Below are positions 54,379-64,000 of a stretch of 64,000 nucleotides of DNA, piece after piece; within the stretch, counting starts at the first letter, position 1; each line of letters opens with the position of its first letter. Below the pieces are notes generated by a model, which ran no database searches, had not been told where the DNA came from, and was given only the letters and a program-made list of their open reading frames with translations. The translations under genes were made by a program, and so were the position numbers. This DNA comes from Zygnema circumcarinatum SAG 698-1b (Eukaryota; Plantae; Zygnematophyceae). Where the stretch lies: contig CM074809.1 of the NCBI GenBank assembly GCA_037447605.1, positions 1,540,689 through 1,604,688 of the forward strand, in the 5' to 3' direction.

Positions 54379-56445
54379 NNNNNNNNNNGTTCACGCTACA
54401 GAATCTAAGCATTCCGTCCACTCTGCCCGCCTCCTGACGGCCATCATTCACCGCCACTCTCTCCCCTACTCTGTCCACTCTGACAATGGCACCGAATACA
54501 AGGGGGCCTTTGCCAAGCTAATGCAGGACTTCCGCATCATCCACCGCACCTCTAGCCCCTACTCCCCCTGGCAGAATGGGCTTGCAGAACGTACCATTCA
54601 GACGGTCAAGGATGCGTGCGTCCGCGGCTGCGCGGAGCTGCAGGCGGACTGGCGCGAGGTCATCCCCTCCCTGGTCTTCACGTATAACACCTCCGTCCAC
54701 TCCTCCACGGGCTTCTCTCCCTACGAGCTCCTCTATGGCCGTAAGCCCCGCATTCCCCTTGACCTCCTCTCTGCTGAGCCCCTCTTCTACGATGACGCGC
54801 CTCCCCCGGATCGGGTCGCCCAGCTTCAGCTCCTGGCCCTCCGCTTCCAAACCCTAGATTCCATGGCCTCCCACCACCTCGAACGAGCGCACAGACGACA
54901 ACTCACCGACTTTGGGAGGCGCCGACGCGCTGCTCTCCCGCCCAATCAGGTAGCGCCACATCAGCTCATTTGGCTCAGGAATCTCGCCAAACCGACTCAA
55001 CGGGCTTTTCCGTGGTTGGGCCCCTTCATGTCGTAATGGTCCGTGGGAGATCCGGGTTGGCCGCCATTTAGGAGGCCACGACTTTCTAGTGGGAAGCGCC
55101 CGGCTGGACTACGCCGGATACGAGCATTAGGTACGCTTGCGTCAGCGGTTCCTCCCCTCGCGATGGCTGGCGTTCGCGGCCAGCTGACCCAGCGGCCTCC
55201 TCCATTACCCCCTGCCGCGGCTACTCCTCATTGGTCATTTTCTAATTCCGCCGCCAATTCTGCCTTCGCCACTTTTTGCCCTTTCGCCCACATTCCGCCA
55301 GCCGGCCGTCTCTTCCGATACGGTCCTCCCGATACTCCCCATTTCCGAATGTACGCGGAAGCTTCTCCGGACGGCCTCCGACTCGCCTCGCGCGGCCCCC
55401 CGTCCACGTCATCATTGGCTCCTTCCATGCCCTTTGTCTCTTCTTCATTGCGCCCGCAGGGGCGTGCGCTTGTTTTCCCCCCCCCGGCATGTGCTACAGA
55501 TGTAGCGTAACGGAGCTGCGTTCGACGGATTTGCGTCAGTTCAATTGTACTTGACATATGCCTCTTCCGTATCACGGATCAANNNNNNNNNNAGAAGCCT
55601 AGCTAAGAGAATAGCCGAGGAGAGGACAGGGGAAGAGAGCCCCCAAGGAAGGGCTCTGTGCGCATCGAGTCCAGCTGCCGGTGGGAACGTCTTCAGAATC
55701 CCTACGTCTTCCGCTGCGCGTACCTCTGAATCTCCCGGATCCTGGCTCTATGCTGCAGGCAGACCCACAGAACCAACCCAACCCTTCATTAGTTTCAGCA
55801 CGGACGCGCGAGTGGCTGTACAGCACCTGCAACTAGCTCAGCAGTCTTCTCTTAACCCCACTTATCTTGTGCTACAGCCTGCCGTCCAACCGTACGACCG
55901 TACGACTGTACAACCATTCTAAAAGTGTTTTATAAGACGGCCTGACTTGTAGAATATTTGATTTGGAATTCTAATACTGTACTACGTTCTAATATCCGCG
56001 AGCACGTCCAAAACGGTCCGTTGGCGGCCGCCGTACGGCCCTGTCCTGCCCCGTCCGTATGGATTGCCACGTGTCGTCACGTGCGCGAAGCATGTGGCGA
56101 CATCGAGGGCTGTCGTGCGGCGCGTGACGTGACGTGCCGTGACGGCCCCTGGAAGCGGCCACTTTCGGTGCAGGCGCTGCCCTGAAGGCAGAACGCGGGC
56201 CGCAGCAGGAGCAGGAGGGGCAGGAGCAGCGGCAGGAGCAGGAGCGGCTGCCTGCCTGCGACCTCCTCGCCTGCACTCGACGGTATTTGAGGAGCACAGG
56301 CGCATATCTGCGTGCGTGCAGGGCTGTATTGATATTTGGAGTTCTCGCGGGAAGTTTAGGGTTGGTTTTTTTGGTTTTGCTGTGGGGAAATTTGCGGGAG
56401 GGTTCGCTGGCAATCTTCAGCAGGCATCATGTGGAGGGAGGGGAG

Positions 56446-57210
56446 ATGGAGAGCATGACGAGCGTGAGGAGGGAGCCCCGGCATGGCTCGGTGGTGGTGG
56501 GAGACGGAGGGAGTGGATTTGGAAGGATCGAGGGGTGGCCTGAGTCTGCGTCTGTGATTGGCTTGCCGGTCTTGGAGACTAGGGTTCTTGGAAGGCGGGA
56601 GAATGATGTCGGGAAGGAGAAGAAATTTTGGCGTAAGGCAGCAGGCAAGGGCTGTTTACAGAAGGAGCAGATTTTCCGAGGCGTGAGGTGTTCTGCAGTT
56701 GCAGCGGCCACAGGTGATGCTTCCACTGCGATTACTCTCATACTTTTTCCTTCTTTCCTGAATCGTTTATGGAAGGACGTGCTTCAGAAGATGTTTTCAT
56801 GAATGTTCTAAATAAGCAAATTTTCCTGAATAGGTTTTGAACGTCCGTCATTAGGGTACATGCTCTGACAGTGCCATCTCTGTTACCTTTGTTTACCTTG
56901 TAATTTACATTCTTTGGTCCTGCAAATCCTAACACATATCTGCACTTGTTCAGGTGTGAATTCCATTGTAGTCGGAGCGTTCAACGGCATACTGTTAATA
57001 ATCGGCTTGACGGCTACGGCTATGGCGTTCGCAGTTGTTGCTGTGGCGAGTTCGGTTTACGTTCTCTTCTACGCATTATTTGCAGCTTACAATCGTCTAT
57101 TAGAGTGCTTGCGCAAGTCTTGGAGGAGATTTGTCCCCAACAAGTTGAATCAGAAACGCTTACGTAAATCTACAAGCCGTGCTGCATTGAGGGACTTCCG
57201 GAAGATTTGA
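56446..57210 (+). CDS. Hypothetical two-exon membrane protein, possibly plastid-targeted
   Basis: Exon 1 ends ...GVRCSAVAAAT(G); phase-1 GT-AG join to GVNSIVVGAFNGILLIIGLTATAMAFAVVAVASSVYVLFYALF (long hydrophobic segment); basic C-terminus. Confidence 0.55.
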
Positions 57211-58677
57211 CACGCGCTGGGTGTTTTTCTATTTGTGGTAGGACATCTGTAGCAAGAGATAGGGAGAGAAAGCTTCTTTTGAGTAGGTTGCGAACATTTA
57301 TTAAGGGGGGGAACGAAGGATTTTGATAGTTTATTCATATATAGAGCTTATGAAAAATTGTATTCCAATATTTAAGTTTAAGGAGGGAAATGGAGGAATT
57401 TGATATGGCTTACTCGTATATCGAGCTTATGGAAATTTGTATTCCAGTTTAATCCTAATAATTCAATTTTTATACTGACAACTGTCAGTTTATGTATGTT
57501 CCGTGTTCATTAAATGTTTCTCAGTGTGTTCCTTTTTACTGACTTTGAATTCATTGATGATCGTCCACCTTAGGTTGTCTCATCTTTAAATGTGGGGGGG
57601 GGGGGGGGGGGAAAGGATGGACGCTTNNNNNNNNNNGGGGGGGGGGGGGGGGGGGGAAAGGATGGACGCTTCGTTTAACTAACTCCTAAACAGTTCAACA
57701 GTCACCCTGCAAGGCGAGAAGCATAACTTGCTGGTCATTTAAATAGCGGAGCGTGTTATGTGAGAAGTTTCATGCGGACAAACAACACAAGTGTTCGCAA
57801 TTTGGGCAAACAGAGATTCTGAGCTGTATCGGTAGTGCAGAATGGTCCTACTCGAGTTGAGTATGAATCATCGTGTGTGCTTGAAAGTAGTAACATATGG
57901 AAAGGACCTTCTGAGCATTCATCAGAGCAGCATCACTACAACCTGCTCCTGTACGCATTTCTCCATCACTGCCTGCTTGTCTGCCACTGGCTGCAATGCT
58001 TGCAGCAGCAAGCACTGAAAAGAAAATATTGCACAGCTTCTACGTTCCCAATTGGTGATGTGGCTCGCAAAAGTGCCCAGCGATGACATAGAAATGCATA
58101 GAGACTGAGGGCCTGTAAGAGGACACTTTGAAACCTGTAAGGAGATCGATTTGCACCCATGTGGCGACCACTAAACCTGTCTTCTAGTTGGTGTTGTGCA
58201 ACACTCTCACTCGCACGCAGCGCCGCATCATCTGTTGCCACTGTACATGGCCGCACATTCCTTGCTTTTCTTTTCGCCGCTTTGCCCTAAAGCCATAGCT
58301 TGATGGCTCGCTCTCCCAGCGCGCGACTTCGCACGTGCCGCCGCTTTACTTTGATGAACCCTTCAATTCAACCAATTTGCGAGCCGGCACTCCGCCGCGA
58401 AGCCGCGAAGCGACGCAAAGCCCCGACTCCTCCCGCCACCGCTGCTGCCTGCTGTCGCTGAGGGGTGCTGTGGCCTGCTTCGCCAGTTGGGGCGCAGATA
58501 GTAGCGTACTGGGCTTTTACTCCTGGCGGGTTACAGCCATAAACTTTGGATTCAGTAGTAGATTCCACCAACAGAAGCGGATTACAGCGGGTTTCAGAGC
58601 GTTTTTGGCTGCTCCTTAGGGAATGAAGCTTCAATATCAGATTCGCCTGGAAGTTTGAAAACTTTTGAGACGACCAG

Positions 58678-61600
58678 ATGCCGAAATCGAAGCGCAATAA
58701 GCTTGGTACGTGAGAGACAGGGAGTGCAACTCCGTGTGCTTGCTAGCAGTGGCCGGAGGCCCTGTTTTGCATGTTTGGCTCGATTAAGGTGCATCACTGG
58801 GATGAAGGTGCAAACTACCTTTTAGTGAATCTCATGAAGTCGCGGTAATATAAGTGCATCGGAATTTGAGCGGAAGGTGATTTAGGGAGTTGCAATTGAC
58901 ATTCTGCAAGTTGGTGACTCTGTCATTCTTTTGCCGCCAAGGACCCAATACTGCCATGGCTGTTCCTTTGGCCTCATTCAGCATGGAGCTAGACCTTGAG
59001 TGAGTTTTCCGTTCTAAAGCGCGAGAGATGGCTGTCTCCGTCACAGAATGAACGAGGAACATTGCGGCCAGTTTTGGGCTTTGATTACGCCTTTTATTTT
59101 TTTGTTGTTCTTGCAGTAACGCTATCTAAGACAAAGAGGAAAACTAGGGAGAACAAGGAAAGTCTTGTGGGAGCTGTACGAAAATGCTTCGACGAGTACC
59201 GGGAAGTCTACGTTTTTGAATTCGAGAACATGAGAAATGTGAAATTGAAGGAATTGCGTGAGGAGCTGAAGGGCAGCTCCAGGTAATGACAAGCGAGAGA
59301 AGCCCTCAACTATGAACAGGCGTACAATTGTTCTTCTGTATGCGTTGAAAAGCCTGAGGCAGCCTCCTATTAAAAGTAAAACCTGCCAGTGTATGCACGT
59401 ACTTTGCAGCATTTTTTATGTCTTATTAATCAGTAACATTAGTAAACGAAGGAAAGGCGGAGAAACCCAAAACACATTTTTATCTCCAATTTAAAGTTAC
59501 GGTGTTTAGATGTTCAAGCGCACTGAAAGTTGTACTGGGAAGCTCTGCATAAAATTTCCACTGAAGCATCTTGCCCTGCATGCTCATTACTTATGACAAT
59601 TTTAAAGCCAGTGAACTAACCATCCTTTCACCTTTCATCAGCTCATTTTCCAACTTCCATACGGTTGGCACCTGACAGCTGCAAATTTTCGTTAAGCATC
59701 AATTAGTTCTGCTAGTCGAGTCTTCATGCTCATAAGGGTTTTACTGACGATTAGGAGGCGAAAAGAAAGTAGAAATGACTGAAACTAAATAATTGATTGC
59801 GGAGTCAAGGGATATTGTAGTTTGGGAATTGCAAGTCAAATCAAGAACTTCCCGTCCTTGTAGATTGTAGGTTGTGGCTCCTCGTTTGTATAGCTATGCT
59901 GGAGCATTGCAGCAGACAAGCCCAGACAGTCTGGAGGAGGCTTTGAGATGAGTGCCAGTACATAGTGGCAAAGCTACCCTTTAGCCCATGCTTGCACTTG
60001 CTACTATTCTCATGACAGGTCACATTCGGCAACTTTTTACAGCCATACTCGCCAATTGTGAACTAGTCTCTCCAATTTTGGAGAGACTGGTTCACAATTG
60101 ATTATATTTGACACTTCTCTCGCGGCGTCCTGCAGGACAGATTGTGAAAAGCTAACTCATTGGTTCTCGTTGGTTTTCCTGCAGGTTTTTCTTAGGAGCA
60201 AACAAAGTACTGCAGGTGGCGCTTGGACGCGGAGAAGCCGATGAGTTCAGGGATGGTACACATAAGCTTAGTGAGGTTTGTCGACTTGTGCTTTGCCACT
60301 TTGAAATCTTGTGGAGGTTGCAGCAGAGACAAGTCATCGGTGCAGGCTGCAGAGCATGTGATTACTTGTTCCGCATGTTCCTTATGTTGTGGTGTCTTCT
60401 TTTCCCGCGTAGTTCATCATGTCTCCTTTGTCTAGCGCCAAAACTGTGATGTTTGTCCCTTTCCCCGTGTCTCTCCTCTGCCTCCTCCCCTTCTTTTCCG
60501 TCTCGCCCTCTTTCTCCTGCTTATATCTCCAGAACCTCGTTATAAGGAAGCTTTCAGCATGATTTAGGCTCAAGATGACGGAGGGAGGTTTGCACCAACC
60601 TGGGGAGGGAAGAGAGAATGAACTTGACTGTTCGAGGTAGAAAAATCATATTCGATGATTTTGCCTGATGCGAGATTAGCATTCGCTGCATTGTAAACAG
60701 CGATAAGCCAGGGAGGAGATGGTATTGTTATTCAATTGTTTCACTTTCCTTTTCCTTATCAAATTGTTTAATATGACTGAACAGAACTGTTGGATAACTC
60801 TGGCTTTGTGGACTGTGAGCAGCTGGTAACAGGGAATAGGGGTCTACTTTTTACGAATCTGCCGAAAGAAGATATCGGCAGGTAGTCACTCACTCATCGT
60901 ATTCATGTTTTTCGCACCTGTTTTGCAGTCTTTAGTGAAGGCTTCAGTAGTTCGACGTTGGTGAAGAGGTATAAGATGTGTTTGCAGAGATCTCGCAGAG
61001 ATGAAGTGGAAAGGTTTCAAATTGTGTGTTGGTGAAAGCAAGTTTGCCTCGCAGCAGAGGGAGTAATTCCCATTATCTCTGTCTTGGAAAAATGTCCTGC
61101 ACAGTGAGAAGAATGACTGGAAAGGATTGACTTTCTGAGGACGTGAAAGCTGCCTATATTCAACTGACTGACAGGGTGGTTGGACTTGCCGTCCTTTGTT
61201 GCCAACTGTCGGCGGACAGACGGATTACAGATTTTGAAGCTTTCGACTTCTCGAGGGTCGGTAGCTTAGCCACAGAAACTGTTGAACTGAAGGAGGGTCC
61301 ATTGGAGCAGTTCACTCACGACATGGAGCCATTCTTGAGAAAGCAAGGAATGCCAGTGCGTCTCAACACAGGTGGGAGAAGGGGCTGCCCAGAGTCTATT
61401 CTTCATGAACTTTTGGCTCAAGAAAGTGAATTTTAGGTGCACGGCAGCGCTGGCTGTGGTCTGGAGAGCCCACTGTCGACATGTTGCTATTCGCTCTTTG
61501 AACAAACTGAGTTGAAGAGAAGGGCGTTGGAGTGCTGAGGCTGATTAGGAGCATATGTCCTACTTTGGATCACCGACAATGTCCTGCAGTTTGTATTTGG

Positions 61601-62389
61601 TCACGGCATTGCTTCTCTCGTCTGTCCAATCTTTCTTTGTACGAGTCATTGTTAAATCGAAGCTTTCCTTCTCCTCAATAGAGATGCAGCCAGTGGATCA
61701 GCTCACCTCGAGGTGAACGTTGCTTCCTCCTGTGCAGGTGTTGTGGAGTTGGTCGCCGACCACACCGTTTGCACGGAGGGACAACCCATCTCCCCTGAAG
61801 CGTCGCGGATACTGGTATTGTCCTCTCTCTTGCATGACTAGAGAAAGGGAGCGAGAGAGAGTGAGGGAGAGAATGAGAGAGAGAGTGAGCAAGAAAGAGA
61901 GGGGTAGCGAGAAAGAGAGGGGAGAGAGGAGAGGGGGGTGATGGGGAGAGAGCGGGGAGGGTGAGGTAGGAGGAAAGGGGGAGGAAGAGAGAGAGAGGGA
62001 GAGTGGGGGAGCGGGAGCGAAGGAGTGACAGAGAGACATGCCCAAGCGTCAAACCCGCGTTTCTAAGAGCTCGATTTTGTTCTAAGGCTGTTGTTTTGAC
62101 AGGGGACACACGCACTGTCTGCAGCGTGTGAGGGTGTGTAGAGAATGTGTGCATGCTTGTCATTGCATACCAATGTCCAAGTCTGACGGAGCAATGCGCC
62201 TTTTCTCCTCTGCCGTGACAGAGGCTTCTTGGCATTCAAATGGCGGTGTTCCGACTGATGCTAATTGCGAGATGGACGCCAGCTGAATATGAAGTGCTGT
62301 CGAGCGGATTTGAGAGTGCCGAACTGCCGGGCGGGGGGGGGAATGGGGAGGGGGAGGAGGGCGATGCTGAAGACAGCGAGGAGGAATAG
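58678..62389 (+). CDS. MRT4: mRNA turnover protein 4 (ribosome assembly factor Mrt4), 7 exons
   Basis: MPKSKRNKL/VTLSKT; ENMRNVKLKELR; FFLGANKVLQVALGR; GLLFTNLP; VELKEGPLEQFTHDMEPFLRKQGMPVRL; RLLGIQMA. Confidence 0.93.
61840..62030. repeat. GA-rich polypurine tract in MRT4 intron
   Basis: Read directly. Confidence 0.85.
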
Positions 62390-63031
62390 CATTCCGCTTG
62401 TCCACCCCGAAGACACGCTCCTTATGTGAATTGAAAAATAAATGAAGCACAGCAATTTGTCATCTTGCTCTGCCAATTTTGGAAGCTACTTCTTGCAGGA
62501 AATTGCAAGAAGTAGCTGCTTGTTTTTCATGAGCTCGAGCTTCTCTGCCGCCTCTTGTGGGCCATGCTCCGCCTCATTATGTTTGAAAAAGGCAGTATGT
62601 GGAACTGGAACTTTGACTGGAAATTTGAAAGTCCAGTCCCTTGCTCTCAAAGCCGGCCTTTCAGCCGCGCGACCCCTTCACAATTCTATGGCGTACTTTT
62701 TAACAAGATTGCTGGGCATGTTTTCAGTCTGGCGAGGACGCATCCTGGAGCAATAGCCCGTCTTGAGCGCCTCCTCCAGCCGTCCAAGTGCTTGACAGAC
62801 GATTTATGCTCAATGACCATAACACTAGATAGTTTGTTAGAGTATTGGAGAAGCGAATCAGGACAACACGACTTTCTGAACTCAGCATTTCTGTCGATCT
62901 AGTTTTCTACTGTCCCCACGTTCAACGATTCTGGGGCTTACCGCCATTTTGAACCTGATTCACATAATGACTAATTGCTAAAAAACGAGCAAGTAGCAAA
63001 AATGGGTAATGAGTAACCAAGGCTTAGTAGC

Positions 63032-64000
63032 CTATGCTGCCTCAAAAATGGCCGCCCACTGCTTCGTGTCCTTCCCGGGCCCCTCCCCCTCCACAGAGTT
63101 GACGCAGTACGCCTGTCCCTCCGTCTCCTTCAGCCCCAGCGCCTGCACGCAGGCCTCCGCCACAAGGACGCGGCTCGCCTCCCCTGTCAAAGCGTCCCCC
63201 TTTGCAACAACGGCCGCCCGCCTCGTTCCTGCTGTCGCCTTTAGCAGAGTGTTCAAGTCATAGGAGGTATAAGGGCCATCCGTGAGCCTTCCCGGACGGA
63301 TTATGGTGTAAGGAATGCCGCAGGCTTCGACCATCTCTTCTGCGAGTTTCTTGCATCGGAGAACCCCAAAGAGGTTGAGAATGCTGTAGGGAAGCTGGTC
63401 ATACCGTGTCACACCCACTGAGGAGACGTAGACAATCCGTTTTACAGAGGACGGGAGCGCCGCCAGGAGGTTTCTGGTCCCATCGACATCTGTGGGTTCC
63501 GGCCCGTTCCCACCTGCCCAGCGGCTGGACGGAAAGGCGGTAGTGCCTGTGCAAATGACGACGCTGGCTACACCTTCTAAAATGTCTCGCAGCCCTTCTT
63601 CTTTTCGGAGGTCTGCTGCCACCAGGTCCAATTGTCCGCCATGGTCGCCGGTGAACAGAGCTCGACCCTTGTCCAAGTTACGGAGAAGAGCTTTCACCGC
63701 ACAGTTGCGTTCCAAGAGGGCTGCCACCACCAACTGGCCGACGCCACCTCCGGCACCCGCTACAAGCACAGGCTGAGGAATGTCAAGTTTTATGGTTTCT
63801 GCTGCTCCAGTTGATGCTTTTATGGCTGTCTGTGACGTTGGTATAGATCTTAATGTCGGAATTAGGATCTCACGGCTTCCATGTATGTGTTTTCGTAGCT
63901 TGTGCGGTTGAGATGGTTTAGGTTGTTGATTGAACAGTTCAGAATGGAACGTCTTCGCCAAAGTTGTGACTTGTCGGGTCCGTGGAACGTTTCCCCTCTG
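63032..64000 (-). CDS. NAD(P)-binding Rossmann-fold protein (NmrA/Tic62-like, plastid type); 5' end outside window
   Basis: LVAGAGGGVG; CTGTTAFPSSRW; VSSVGVT; ILNLFGVL; YTIIRPGRLTDGPYTSYDLNTLL; frame open to the window edge. Confidence 0.9.
   Translation of the reverse strand, partial: QRGNVPRTRQVTTLAKTFHSELFNQQPKPSQPHKLRKHIHGSREILIPTLRSIPTSQTAIKASTGAAETIKLDIPQPVLVAGAGGGVGQLVVAALLERNCAVKALLRNLDKGRALFTGDHGGQLDLVAADLRKEEGLRDILEGVASVVICTGTTAFPSSRWAGGNGPEPTDVDGTRNLLAALPSSVKRIVYVSSVGVTRYDQLPYSILNLFGVLRCKKLAEEMVEACGIPYTIIRPGRLTDGPYTSYDLNTLLKATAGTRRAAVVAKGDALTGEASRVLVAEACVQALGLKETEGQAYCVNSVEGEGPGKDTKQWAAIFEAA

Larger units (their letters stand above)
50445..55876 (+). mobile_element. Ty3/gypsy LTR retrotransposon, fragmented by gaps
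   Basis: LTR starts TGTAGCGTAACGG at 50445 and 55501, end GCTACA at 55876; GCCT on both flanks; gag, RNase H end and integrase inside. Confidence 0.88.

Noticed and set aside
50897-55028. Tandem ~640-bp duplications of gag (50897-51540 vs 51551-52197) and integrase (53729-54370 vs 54389-55028)
   Set aside because: Near-identical copies abut N gaps, consistent with unmerged contig overlaps; the same pattern appears at 57590-57672
57830-58620. Short ORFs and splice-like sites upstream of MRT4
   Set aside because: Could not assemble a consistent reading frame or recognise a product
62555-62902. 115-aa ORF between MRT4 and the Rossmann gene
   Set aside because: GTG start, lies in converging 3' UTR space, no recognisable motif

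Overview
Eukaryotic, intron-rich green-plant genomic scaffold. By inference it is most likely a streptophyte alga or early-diverging plant; the species cannot be determined from sequence alone. The window holds about 13 host genes: a GDSL lipase, LENG1-like, NT5C-type HAD nucleotidase, SCI1-like, RlmN-like radical SAM methyltransferase, UCP012943-like, MTP6-type CDF transporter, SDR, CKS, a Pro/Gly/Tyr-rich protein, an orphan membrane protein, MRT4 and an NAD(P)-binding Rossmann protein. There is also an mnmA pseudogene fragment. Nested transposon clusters lie at 1-7.3 kb and 48.3-56 kb, with one more insertion at 38.3-39.2 kb. They include a Ty1/copia element with a half-tRNA primer site, a Ty3/gypsy element with a 4-bp TSD, TA-flanked MITEs, a pogo/Tc1-like element and two MULE deletion derivatives. 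Several 10-N gaps remove both RT domains, and some are flanked by duplicated sequence that looks like assembly artefact. I found no clearly new multi-gene system. The best leads are: (1) two MULE derivatives keeping opposite ends of one transposase, with E2F motifs in their TIRs; (2) a higher-order TTAGGG-derived minisatellite; (3) GTAC and G-box clusters at promoters; (4) a putative new N-terminal domain on the GDSL lipase; (5) an SCI1 with a long C-terminal extension; (6) a CKS hinge substitution. Exon models were assembled by eye and homologies are from recall, not database searches.
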